A DNA stretch of 62,695 nt from Trypethelium eluteriae. Lineage: Eukaryota. Location: assembly GCA_051942245.1 (NCBI GenBank), contig JAVECL010000072.1, forward strand, positions 1 through 62,695, in the 5' to 3' direction. The position numbers were made by a program, and so were the translations under genes. Under the pieces are notes generated by a model. The model did no database searches. It was not told the DNA's origin and worked only from the letters and a program-made list of their open reading frames with translations. This document shows positions 51,763 to 62,695 of the stretch, piece by piece (positions within the stretch are counted from its first letter, which is position 1; each line of letters opens with the position of its first letter).

Positions 51763-53338
51763 ATGCGCGCCTTTCTTTCCTTTCTGCTGCCGGCGCTTGT
51801 AGGCGTGGCGCAAGCCCTCAGCTATACTGGGACCCGGTTATTGGTAGTGAATGAGGATGCGAGCGAGAAGGATAACTACTCGAAATTTTGGGGAGACTTG
51901 GAGTGTATGTTTCTTCCTTTCGCCAAGATTCATGAAGATGAAGCGGGGGCATCTGAGGCTGATATATTTTGATCGATAGCTCGAGGATTCAGGATCTCTT
52001 TCGAATCACCTAAAAATGAAAAGCTGTCCCTCTTCGAGCTTGGTGAACGAGCTTACGACCATCTAATCCTACTCCCTCCAAAATCGAAAGGTTTCGGACC
52101 AAATCTATCGCCAAAAAATATCCTTGACTTCGCCAAAAAAGAAGGCAATGTCATCCTCGCACTGTCCGGCGATTCACCCACTCCAGCCGCCATCAATTCG
52201 CTACTTCTCGAACTTGACATCCACCTCCCACCTGATCGTAATGCCCTCCTTGTCGACCACTTCAATTACGACATCTCCTCCGCCCCCGAGAAACATGATG
52301 TCCTTGTCCTTCCACCTATTCAGCTCCTCCGAACTGACCTGAATAACTTCTTCGAGACTGAGAATCCAGTGGCGGCTCCCCGAGTTGTAGGCCAAGTCCT
52401 GGGTAACGCAAGTCCTCATCTCGCGCCGATCCTCAAAGCACCCAGCACAGCATACAGCTACAATCCCAAAGATGAAGCCGAAGCTGTTGAAGATCCTTTC
52501 GCTTTCGGAAGTCAACTTTCCATTGCGTCTGCCATGCAAGCGCGTAACTCTGCCCGCTTTACAGTCTTGGGTTCAGCAGAGATGCTTGAGAACAAGTGGT
52601 TCGATGCCTCGGTGAAATTGAGTGGGAAACAGACCAAAACCGGAAATCAAGACTTTGCCAAAAAGCTCTCAGAATGGACATTCCAAGAAGTTGGTGTACT
52701 GAAAGTAGGGGAGCTGACGCACTATCAGAACGAAGGCGACAAAAAAGGCGTTCTGAACCAGACCGCGATCGGCGCCAGCGAGCTCAACCCCAAGATCTAC
52801 AAAATCAAGGACGACGTTGTAAGTCTCATGCCAGTTCCTCTTCTCCATCCTCTCCACATCTCCATACCTGATAAAATCTCCGTGCTAACATCAACCCTGG
52901 ACCTACACCATCGAACTCTCTGAATGGTCTCACGACCACTTCATCCCCTACGTCCCCCCTCCTCTCGACGCCCTCCAACTCGAATGCACCATGCTCTCGC
53001 CCTTCCACCGCCTCCCGCTCCTCCCCTCCGCCTCGCTCTCCACCCCAAACGCCACCCTCTACACCGCGTCCTTCACGCTCCCCGACCAACACGGCATCTT
53101 CAACTTCCGCGTCAACTACAAGCGGCCCTTTCTGACGAGCGTCGACGAGAAGCGGACGGTCACGGTGCGGCATATGGCGCACGACGAGTATACGCGTAGC
53201 TTCGCCATCAGCGGCGCGTACGTGTGGATCACGGGCATCTGGACCACCGTGGTCGGGTGGGTGCTGTTTTTGGGCATGTGGTTGTATGCGCGGCCGACGG
53301 AGGAGGAGAGGAAGGCGAAGGGGAAGAAGGCGCAGTGA
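51763..53338 (+). CDS. WBP1: Oligosaccharyltransferase subunit Wbp1/OST48, 3 exons
   Basis: Signal peptide, YSKFWGDLESRGF, MQARNSARFTVLGS, PDQHGIFNFRVNYKRPFLT, and a C-terminal TM with dilysine KKAQ. Introns 51905-51979 and 52819-52900 (non-AG acceptor). Confidence 0.95.
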
Positions 53339-55238
53339 GGTGTGGTTCTTTGCGATGGAGAGAATCGGGAGGTTTTGGACTGGTGGAGGTGAGGGGTCAG
53401 AAGCTTATGTGGTCGCATAGAGAAATTTGGGGGCCATGTGGTGGTGTGTGGGATCTTGTAACTATAGGACGATACTTTGAAAAAGTTATTTGAGTATGCA
53501 AGAATTGTGCCCGTTGTTTGATAGTCCTTCTAAACGCACTGGTTGAGACGAATCCATTTGATACGGTTTGTGTTCGAAGCACCCCACAATTAACCGAGGC
53601 CAACGAGATGCTGGGACACAGTAAAAGTGCCTTCTTTTTCCTTCAGCTTAATTCCGCAAGAACTGTGAAGTACTTATTCTTGTCTCATTCTCGATAATCC
53701 TGATCTCTCGTGGAAGTGTTTGGTGTGCAGGGTACATTACAGTCAAATGAACCTTTTACTGACTTCCCGTTAAATCATTCTTTGTTCGAGACCAGGTCGT
53801 CACGTTTTTCTTTTGCTTACCTTTGCCGATGATTCGAAGATCCCAGAGCTTGATTAGAATATTTGGCAGTTTCCTTCAGGAAATTGTGAGTATGAGTCTT
53901 GACATGACACCGTGCTGTATTTGCAGTGCGTTCAGAGTAACTGTTTCAAAAGGACCAGCTTGAACAAGATGTCTGGTAATGGTACCCTACCTTACCTCAA
54001 GATGTAACCTTATGACGGGAAACATCCAACCATGGATGCAGTTGGGAAGACTAAATGTTTGACCGATCGATCCGGGCAGTGAACACTGTAGTGAGCCAAT
54101 AGAAGATGGACAAATGGACAAATAAGATTCTTTACAAGCCTCGTACCAAAGACAGCTTTGATGAACCAGAGAATTCTCAATTAGAATAGTAACAGGACTG
54201 AGTCAAAGACGCAATGGGTTGAACGTTCAGTATATGCCGTAATTTAGCGTCAAGTGTATATAAACAAACAAGTATAGAACCCGAAATGCGACTGGAAGCC
54301 TGATGGTTCAACGGTTTAGCGGTAGGGAAAGCCTCCTGATCTAAAGAAGTGGCGTTCGCCTGGAGTAAATCAGGTAACCACATTTAATACAATGTGCCAA
54401 GGTACTTTTCATAGGAGCTTCGGCTCTGAACTTTTGCCCCTTCTGTCTATGGTTCAAGTCTAGGCGTAGGCGCTATTAAAATTTTTTTTTGTTCTTTTTA
54501 TTTTCCATATTCAGATTTTGTGGATTCGGGAACGAATTCATCCAAATCATTCCTCACACCACTCATAAGTTGACTGCCTCTCATCGTTACATGAAGTGTT
54601 ATGCCTTTTTGTATATCAGCGTTTAGTCGTTTTCGTGCGTGAATCCCTACGATAGGTCTTATGGTGGTCGCGTTCCGAAATATTTCAATCACTATATGGA
54701 GGCAGTTCCCGCTCCAATACCACAGTCCTCGAAGCCCCACAGTGTGAGAATGGAGTTAAGATAACTCCAAGGAATCTGAACACAATGGAAAATACTGGAT
54801 TCAATATTTCAATTTTTGGGTGTCTTGAGTAGGATCATAACTGGAAATATCTACAGCACGATTTGCAAGCAGTTCATTTTGGATATCCAGAAGGGCAGGT
54901 TGTTACATAAGCCCTTGCTGACTGTTTCTCTCATCCCTGCACATTCCCGGTAGATACCTGGCTCAAGGTCGCGACAACTCCAGTAAATGACGTAGTCGCG
55001 TGCTAGACAGAACGAATGGATTCTTGCACACAAGGGAATCACAACTCTGTGTTCTTGACATTCATGACTCAAAACTCTAGTCTGCTACAATTGCCTTTGG
55101 CTACCAATTATCATATTGGCTCTGAGTCTTGACCATTTAACTACCAAACGCTTAACGTCCAAACTCACACTCACAAGAGCAATCATAGGAACAGCGTAAA
55201 ACAGCTCCACAAGACGGAAGACAGACGTCCATGCTAAG

Positions 55239-56346
55239 ATGGGTGGAATTCGTCAAGATAGAATCAGTAGATCGATCCTGAACGCGATATTTTACAATGC
55301 AACAGACCAACGTAGCGTCGTTACGCGTTTGAGGGCCTTGTTTTCCGTGATCCAGCTTGTACTCACCCGGTGGCGGCATGATTTGTTCTCGAAGTTAAGG
55401 TCGGAAGTGTGGGAATTGAGGGAGGAAGAATATCGCGAAAGCTTTGGACGGGACAAGGAGAGGAGAAAGAAGGTGAAATTAATACCTGTAGGAGATCTAG
55501 GATATTCGGGCTCCGTACGCCTCTACTTCTGACAAATGAGGTCTACTTCGGTACAAATCAAACTGACTGAAATCGCAGACATTCTTTGTTACTCCTGATT
55601 CAAAGTTCCTTATCAAAAGTTTGCCTCGCCACTTCGAGCATGACTTCTTCCGCTCAGATCTCCTACCTCATTACTTCCATCACATGAGCGAACACCCGCA
55701 CTCCCTCCTCGTCCGTATCACGGACCTCCTCCACGCCCCTGCCCCACAAGTCGGTGTCCTCCTCGGCACTGCCCCTTCTCACCACATGGTCATGGAGAAT
55801 CTCATGTACGGCAAGGAGTCGGATACGGACAGCAAAGACAAATGGGAGTCGTACGACCTCAAGCCCACAAGCTACTTCTACCCCGAGCGCGATCTCATGG
55901 ACGGCAAGCTCGCCCCGGACAGCGTCAAGAGTCGGCTCGCGGACAAGTTCGAAGACAAGATCCGCGTCACGGGCGACGAAGCGCGAGATTTGCAACGGCA
56001 GTTGCAGATCGATACGCAGCAGCTTGCGGACACGAATGCAGTGGACTATTCACTCTTCCTGGTGCGGTTTCCGGCATCTTCGAAATCAGAGACGACGTCT
56101 GCGAGGCAGAGTCCCTGGCGTGAGGGGGTGGTAGATCGGAACGGGGAGTGGAGGTATCGTGCCGTACTGCTGGATTTCTTCTGGGCGAAGCATAAGCTAC
56201 GAGCGAAAGCGATGACAGGTCTAGTGAGCAGCTTCCAGTGGCTGAGGGGAAGGAAGGATGAACACATGTCAATTACAACGAATCCGAAAGAGTATCGAGA
56301 GAGGTTCCTGAAAATGCTGGATGGGATTATCGAGGCTCAAGAATGA
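55239..56346 (+). CDS. Phosphatidylinositol-phosphate kinase (PIPK/PIP5K)-like protein, 2 exons
   Basis: GDLGYSGS|TFFVTPDSKFLIKS, SLLVRI, VMENL, YDLKP, VDYSLFL, LLDFFW, PKEYRERFL. Intron 55515-55578. Confidence 0.85.
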
Positions 56347-59177
56347 GCCAGGAAGTAGATGTGATGAATCTGGAATGGAAAAGAGAGGGGCTACCAGGAG
56401 TGCTTCGGTTGGTCTTGGCTCCAGTCCCCCAGAAATCTCGAGTCCCTTGGAGGGAGAGATGGATCAGGGTGCATCCAGTAATTATGCGCCTCTCATTACT
56501 CGACTGGATCCCTGATCGCCTTCGGGAACGGAATGAACGCTTCTTCTGTTGGAAGGCGAAAAAAATGAAGATTTTCTGATGCAGCGGCGTACGACGTACG
56601 ACGTACGATCCTCGATTCTTATGTTTCCCCATACTCCCTGGAGATCGAGAAATTGAGCATATCCCAGATTGGCATGCCTGAGCCGCATTACGTTTAGGAA
56701 GCTATTTGATCTTCTGGAACCCTACGTCCATCGTACGTCTCCTCCCTCAGGATTTTAGGACCATGGATCCATGTTGATTTCTGCCGCATCCTATGCCTTA
56801 AAACTTCGGAGCCTGCTCGTGGCGGTACACATTCAGCTCTCTTCCTCTCAAAACAGCTACTTTCTGGAGAAACTGTCTTTTCCAAGGCAAGGATGGGTAT
56901 TCAAGGCAAATTGGATTTTGATGTGGGGCTCACACGTCATAGAATAGTGTTGGAAGTGCAGAGCATACAAATCCCCACAGTGAGGATCAGATTGTTGAAT
57001 TTCTAAGCACTCCGATGACGACCGTAGTTACTCGGAACGGATCCTAAACATCTGCTGATCGGATAAGACAGGCCAGATTACTAAGACATGTCTGCGCAGA
57101 TGGTACGTTTGAGATGATTACTCTCTCAAGCATGAAAACCTAGAGTTCGACATCTCAACGAAAGTGGGCGGGTCTAGAATTTGGATTCGTTGATGAGGCT
57201 CAAGCGCGTTGAATGCCCTCCGATACGAAGGCGTAGTAGATATCAAATACATACAGCATGCTAGCACCGAAGAGAATAATGAGAGACAATTATTGATATT
57301 CCAGTCAACGGGTCCCTGCATGATATGCATCTTCTGGTGAGGATGTGTTGGCGGCTCCGGGTCAAGTTCATGTACCCCAAGTACTCTATGGTCAGGGTAA
57401 GACGACGTGTAGAGACCAGTGCGGCGCCTCGATTCGAGCCGCATAGCTCTAGTGTGCAATCGTCCCGCGGAGAGACTAGTTGGAAATTCTACGAAAGGAT
57501 CTTGGGAGGATCTCGTAGTGGAAGGGGCCAGATTCTCTGAAACGAACAGTTTTCAAAGAGCCTCTGGCGATCACTGATCCCATGGTTGGTTGATCATTAG
57601 AGCCTCACATGGAACTCGCCATGTTCTTTTGTAGCAATTGTTAGTGCATAAGAGAATAATTATTACTGCTATAAATTTTGGGGTACGCCAAGCTCGCCTT
57701 GTACATCTAACTCCTAGTTCTGGCTGTGATGCTAGGAGGACCAGTGTAAGAGTCCGTGAAGAGATCGAGCTTAGCGAAGGCCAGAACAAAGCTCTTTTGA
57801 GGTTGGTGGATGATACCATGCAGGCAAAAGTAATCAACACCTGTCTCACCCTTTCGTAAATAAGTGTGGCATTGTTTGTGAGACAAGATGCCTCGGCAGT
57901 GCCGGTCAGAAACAGTGGTGAAGGTAGACACTCATAGGCTAAAGCGGGCGGCCTCGAATTTCATTCGGGCTGTACGTACCCCGTACTCGGGTATGCGCAG
58001 GACGATGACAAGGTTCAGAGGCGAAGGTTTACAGATTTCGACGCGGGACGAAAAGTAATTAAATCATCCTGTCATCGTCGGGAAAGGCGGTCTCGCCGAT
58101 TCTAGCTGGCTTCTCGCTATCGCAACACATACACCAGTGTCGAGGGTGGTGCGATAACTGACGTCCTTGCAATCCATCAAACGAGCGACGTACCGGTCAG
58201 TGATACTTATTGTAGGAAGATCTGATTCCTCAATGTGGCCATAGGACACGAGGTCCCAAATTCGAGACACGTCGTGGTTATCAAACAATGAGTCGATCAA
58301 GAGAGAATGAAGCCAACAAGCAACGTCGAAATCTCCATGACGGACGCCGCCGAAGGGATCTCCATCTGGCCCGGGAACTTGATTATGGCGCGCCTATTGT
58401 AACTCAATGGGGTTAGATATCGACGGGCCAGGCGCATGGCGGGAAATTATTTTTGGAATCCTTCCGAATCTGGCTCGCATGGCATCGCTGTCCTCAGCGG
58501 GGGGCGGAATGGTGAGCCTCTCTACTCGAGCCCCCACCACACCGCAGCTCTTGGTGCCTCCCAGCTTGAATGGCACTCGTACCGCAGTCGCAGTCAGCCT
58601 CGTATGCCAGCCTTCCTCAATGGTACACGCCATCTGCGCCGTACGGACGCTAGCACCCTTCGCCCGGATGCCACTCGACTCATCCCCGCCCTCAGAGGGT
58701 GGGCAAGGACTGTCAAAACGCCTGCAACTGACCACCATAGACTGTTGGTGATCTACCTTCTTCCATTGACAGAGGTGCCCACCTGGTGGATGCTACTGCT
58801 ACAATGACGCTGGTGATCTACTCTCGTTGATATCATACTTGTTTTTTGGTCGATGCACCCCTCATCATTACTGTCCATCATTTTTGCATAGAGCTCTAAC
58901 ATTGCTTCTTTTGGACAGGATGGACCCTTCCTGACGCAACGTTGAACTGTCGGCCAGAGCTTTGTGGGGTCTCTCCTACGGTCGACATCACGAGAAAAGA
59001 TTCCAGATTGCCTCTTCATGCTGCAGTCCTTCCTATGCCGATAGTAGCGCATACCCTGTAAAAAAAATTATTCAATGTTTCTCTTTCCCTCGATCTTCGA
59101 TCTTGACTTGACAACGATCTCTTTCACGATCTTCAGGCATTGCAGGACATCACTTTAGTACAGTGCAACGGCGCGTC

Positions 59178-62100
59178 ATGGCCGCTGCAACACAAGCTCC
59201 CAACAGGCCACCGGCCTTCGATCCCCATACGATCACGGGCAGACGACGTAGCCTGTCCTCTATGCTAACCATGAGTAGTCCATGGGCACCAAGCACTCAA
59301 TCTTTGCAGAACTCATGTTCAACTGGCGCCATGTATTCCGCAGACCAGACATCACCTCAACTAAGGTTGAAGAACAGCAAGAGGGGGTTGAGGTCAACGC
59401 CGCAGAGGAAACGAAATGGGACTCTTCTCCATGCTGTCACTGGGCAAAATGCGGCAGTCATTCAAGACCCTCCGCCTATGAGTCCACTTGAGCAGAGGAT
59501 GGCGACCTCTCCGAATGCCGAGATTCTGAATAATATCAGAGGCTCAACCTCACCACTCAAACCTTCGATCAGTCCAACCAACTATCGGAAATCTCCCATA
59601 CTCAGCGTGGAGGCCAAGACATCATCTCCACCCCCATCCCGTCGTGAGAGAGACGGTCATGGTCCTCCGGATCTACCACCGATTAGTACCCACCGCCGAG
59701 GACATGTCCACTGGCATTCACAGCGCAGTGCTACAAAATCTCATTTCTCGCCAGATAAACCCGGAGCTGATGTGACGAACTCACCAAATGCAAGCCACGG
59801 CATGCCTCCCGACGTGGATCTTTCTTCCTATGAGCCGCCGCCAACGACTGCGAAGAGCAAGAAACCCAAGATTCAAGTTATGATACCAAAGAACAAGAGA
59901 CCTCATCCTATATTCAGAAAATTTAGTAAAGATAGTGATGGCAAATCTTCAGGAAAGAAAATAGGTTCGCCGGAAAAGCACTCGGCTAGTTCTGCGCGGG
60001 AATTATTACCAAAGTCTGGCGCTCTTGTTCCAGCAAAGGCGGCCCTTCAACTCGGAATTACTTCAAGAACACCATGCTTACCCGCAGGTATGCAAATAGA
60101 GTCACTTCGTACTTCGCCACCCAAAAGGGACCCCACCGCCAAACAGCCACCACCCACAGCCCCCATTGGCCCGTCCCCGATTATTGGCCACGGCGAATCG
60201 AGTAGGTCTTTCACCGCATCTGATATTCCCACACTGCCGGCAACTTCGAAGCCTAAAGTAGCGCTAAGCGACGACCGCTCCCTATATGAGGTCCCAATGC
60301 TACCGCAGCAGCACGATCCAATGCCATCTCGTCCGTCCCAAGATACCACAGATGGTTCTATAGAATCAGAAGGCGCCATGTCTGATGAATACCGTCTATC
60401 GGACCACAGTAAACGAACGTCCATGACCAGCCTTGATAGCAAAGATATTCCCGATGGGAAGATCAAAGGTCTAAGACGGCCGGGTGGAACAACCGCACTT
60501 TTCAATTCTCCACCAACAAAGTCTGCTCCATTCTCTGACCACAAAGGTCATAGGAGGAATGTAAGTGAACCGAAAACGATGGGTCAGTCGACAAATACTC
60601 GAGGGGCGAGACTTGGCGAGCAGATGCAAGAGAGAGCGAATTCGGTTCCATCTCCAGAAAAGAGGAGGTTTAACGGAGCACCGGCCACCGAAAAGCCGAA
60701 GAGGAGTCTGGATGAGAAGAGACCAGTGTTGAGACGTAATGAGTTCAGCAAACGGCTCGAGTCACCGGCGAGGAAAGCCTATTCCATTCCATCACCCGAA
60801 AAGAAAGATATCTACGATTGTACAGGAACTAGACAGAAATTGGGAAGAGAGTACGACCCGAAAAAGGAGGAAAAATCAATGAAGAAGGACGATAAACCAA
60901 AGAAATCAATAACCAAAGCCAGGAGTCTGAACAACCTCAAGGAAAAGCCTCTCCCTCCCTCTCCGCCCCCATCCGCAATGGCGATTCTACCAGACTGTAT
61001 CAAATCGAAAGAGAAAAATGTCTTTGATGAAAGTCTAGAGATAGAAATTCGAAGAACGCAGTCCCAACTTTCTCCGTCAAAAAAGGTCATACCGCCTCCT
61101 CGTCGCTCCCATTCGCAACGAGCTCCACGACATCCTGCCCGACATACCAACAATTCTGGCCTTGGTCACTCTACGTCCCATTCGAGGTCTCGAGCAGGCT
61201 CACGGACAAGATTGGACCAACTTGACCGGAATTTTATTAATGCGAGTCCAAAGCCTGACCAAAGCCCGGAAAATGCGCGAGCAAGAAGCCCGACGCTCAG
61301 TCAGGCAGAACACGATCTTGAGACGCATCTTACTGCCATTACGGAAAGTCCCACATATTACTTTGACCATCGCTTTAAGACTCCGGAGTGGGAGAAACCT
61401 CGGGAGCAGGCACAACGCTACAGTTCATCTGACATTCCTCCCATTCCATTGAAGTCACCAAGGCGGATGGGCACTATGCCGGCTCCATTGTCCCGGAAAA
61501 GAAGCTCATCTGCACCTCCAGCATCGCCGCCGAAACGTCATGAGTCAGTCAAAGAAGTCGCAACCAAGAGGCAGGAACAAGTATCAGCTGATGCCGCGGA
61601 GCAAATCATCGTCAAGATCATGGCCAGCCTCGACAGTCTCGAGGATCTATTCACAACAGCCATCATCAACAAGGGATTTTATCGTACTTTCAAACGTCAC
61701 GAGCTTGATCTCATGAAAGAGGTCCTCCTGAATGGCTCACCAGCCGCATGGGAACACCGCGAGTTCACACCACCTAATCCTGACCAGGCCGTACCTGATG
61801 ACCTCCCCGTTGAGGAGTATTCCCCAAGCACCTACCTTGAATCCTATGGCCAAGATCTCCAAATAATCGGTGGCCTCAAGGCCCTTATCCTTGAACGCTG
61901 TCAGTCCGTCTTGCGTAGTTCCACGGTGAAGGCTCTCGCTACTACCAATCCAGATGAATCGAAGCGCGTTGATTCTGCTTTCTGGCGTATATGGACATTC
62001 TGTATCATCTTCGGTGCAACGAAAGGCCGCGAAGATGACATGAATGGTCAGATAGACTGGCTTCGTGGAGGTACGGCTGCTCATACACAGACTTGCTCAC

Positions 62101-62695
62101 ATACCATCATTGGCTCTGAAGCCATGGACCTCAACAGTGTACTTCTTGCAGCTCCACCGGCCTTTGCTAAAGGGAATAACCCTGGCAAAGGTCTCAAGGC
62201 TACGGAGCTCTATGATATGATGGAACTGTGGACTTGTCTTGGCGCTCTTCTTCAAGGATTGCATGGCCGCACGGCACAGGCAAGACAATTTGGTATCTTC
62301 GATGACACCGAGGTTAGGGGAGGCGATATTGATGGCGAGGACGCTATGCTAGAGGAATGGCTCCAATATATCATGTCTCTAGGCCTAGACGCCATCCTTG
62401 GTATCGCCTCGCTCGCGCCCGAAACCGGACCAGCCGCCTTCGAACTCGCCAAAGAACAAGGCTGGACTAAATGGGGACCACCTCCAATCTCAGAAAAGGG
62501 CGGCGGCGTGCGCAGGACCTTCCTTAAGGATCCCGTCGGTCGCATGTACGAAGAGCGCATCGCCGCCTCCTACGCCCAAACCACGAGCCCCAAAGCCATC
62601 CACCGCAAGATGTCGCGCGACCGTGTCCAAGGCTTCATCGACGAACTCCGCACCACCAAGTCCCGCCCCACCTACGCCCGCCTACCCCCCAGCGA
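59178..62695 (+). CDS. Large protein with disordered Ser/Pro-rich N-terminus and conserved F-box-like C-terminal domain; runs off the window
   Basis: The frame from ATG 59178 appears open to the window end, so it is not in the ORF track. C-terminal AAEQIIVKIMASLDSLEDLFTTAIINKGFYRTFK..SPAAWEHRE..AFWRIWTFCIIFG..DWLRGG. Confidence 0.75.
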   Translation, partial: MAAATQAPNRPPAFDPHTITGRRRSLSSMLTMSSPWAPSTQSLQNSCSTGAMYSADQTSPQLRLKNSKRGLRSTPQRKRNGTLLHAVTGQNAAVIQDPPPMSPLEQRMATSPNAEILNNIRGSTSPLKPSISPTNYRKSPILSVEAKTSSPPPSRRERDGHGPPDLPPISTHRRGHVHWHSQRSATKSHFSPDKPGADVTNSPNASHGMPPDVDLSSYEPPPTTAKSKKPKIQVMIPKNKRPHPIFRKFSKDSDGKSSGKKIGSPEKHSASSARELLPKSGALVPAKAALQLGITSRTPCLPAGMQIESLRTSPPKRDPTAKQPPPTAPIGPSPIIGHGESSRSFTASDIPTLPATSKPKVALSDDRSLYEVPMLPQQHDPMPSRPSQDTTDGSIESEGAMSDEYRLSDHSKRTSMTSLDSKDIPDGKIKGLRRPGGTTALFNSPPTKSAPFSDHKGHRRNVSEPKTMGQSTNTRGARLGEQMQERANSVPSPEKRRFNGAPATEKPKRSLDEKRPVLRRNEFSKRLESPARKAYSIPSPEKKDIYDCTGTRQKLGREYDPKKEEKSMKKDDKPKKSITKARSLNNLKEKPLPPSPPPSAMAILPDCIKSKEKNVFDESLEIEIRRTQSQLSPSKKVIPPPRRSHSQRAPRHPARHTNNSGLGHSTSHSRSRAGSRTRLDQLDRNFINASPKPDQSPENARARSPTLSQAEHDLETHLTAITESPTYYFDHRFKTPEWEKPREQAQRYSSSDIPPIPLKSPRRMGTMPAPLSRKRSSSAPPASPPKRHESVKEVATKRQEQVSADAAEQIIVKIMASLDSLEDLFTTAIINKGFYRTFKRHELDLMKEVLLNGSPAAWEHREFTPPNPDQAVPDDLPVEEYSPSTYLESYGQDLQIIGGLKALILERCQSVLRSSTVKALATTNPDESKRVDSAFWRIWTFCIIFGATKGREDDMNGQIDWLRGGTAAHTQTCSHTIIGSEAMDLNSVLLAAPPAFAKGNNPGKGLKATELYDMMELWTCLGALLQGLHGRTAQARQFGIFDDTEVRGGDIDGEDAMLEEWLQYIMSLGLDAILGIASLAPETGPAAFELAKEQGWTKWGPPPISEKGGGVRRTFLKDPVGRMYEERIAASYAQTTSPKAIHRKMSRDRVQGFIDELRTTKSRPTYARLPPS

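Noticed and set aside
53500..55150. AT-richer intergenic stretch as a RIP-degraded transposon
   Set aside because: No TIR/LTR or transposase motifs recognised, and TpA enrichment is not obvious
56588..56610. (CGTACGA)x3 microrepeat
   Set aside because: Too short; consistent with slippage

Overview
Gene-dense, intron-containing genomic DNA from a filamentous ascomycete (Pezizomycotina, inferred from short GT-AG introns with CTRAC branch points and from gene content). I resolved about 21 protein-coding genes by hand-splicing. They include a giant secreted WSC/Ser-Thr mucin-like protein (truncated at the left edge), a Dnf1/2-type P4-ATPase, a probable Nse6/SLF2 (CANIN)-like protein, VMA4, a NIPA-type transporter, a Naa50-like GNAT, MIC19, a small secreted peptide, MCM1, a WW protein, glucokinase, SEN1, an AsnB-type amidotransferase plus MFS exporter pair, a BTB protein, the complex I 9.5 kDa subunit, WBP1, a PIP-kinase-like protein and a large F-box-like protein (truncated at the right edge). 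I saw no rRNA, tRNA, CRISPR array or intact transposon. Most notable: (1) glucokinase has an in-frame, apparently CUG-initiated N-terminal extension with a transmembrane anchor, and also a UGA-CUA readthrough context; (2) a WBP1 intron has no AG acceptor (GT..GG); (3) the AsnB+MFS pair has no backbone enzyme nearby and has a perfect 30-bp inverted repeat between the genes; (4) an HMG-box-like motif array lies upstream of the secreted peptide gene; (5) a strand-symmetric C-rich to G-rich switch recurs at gene 3' ends. Family assignments come from motif recognition, not database searches.
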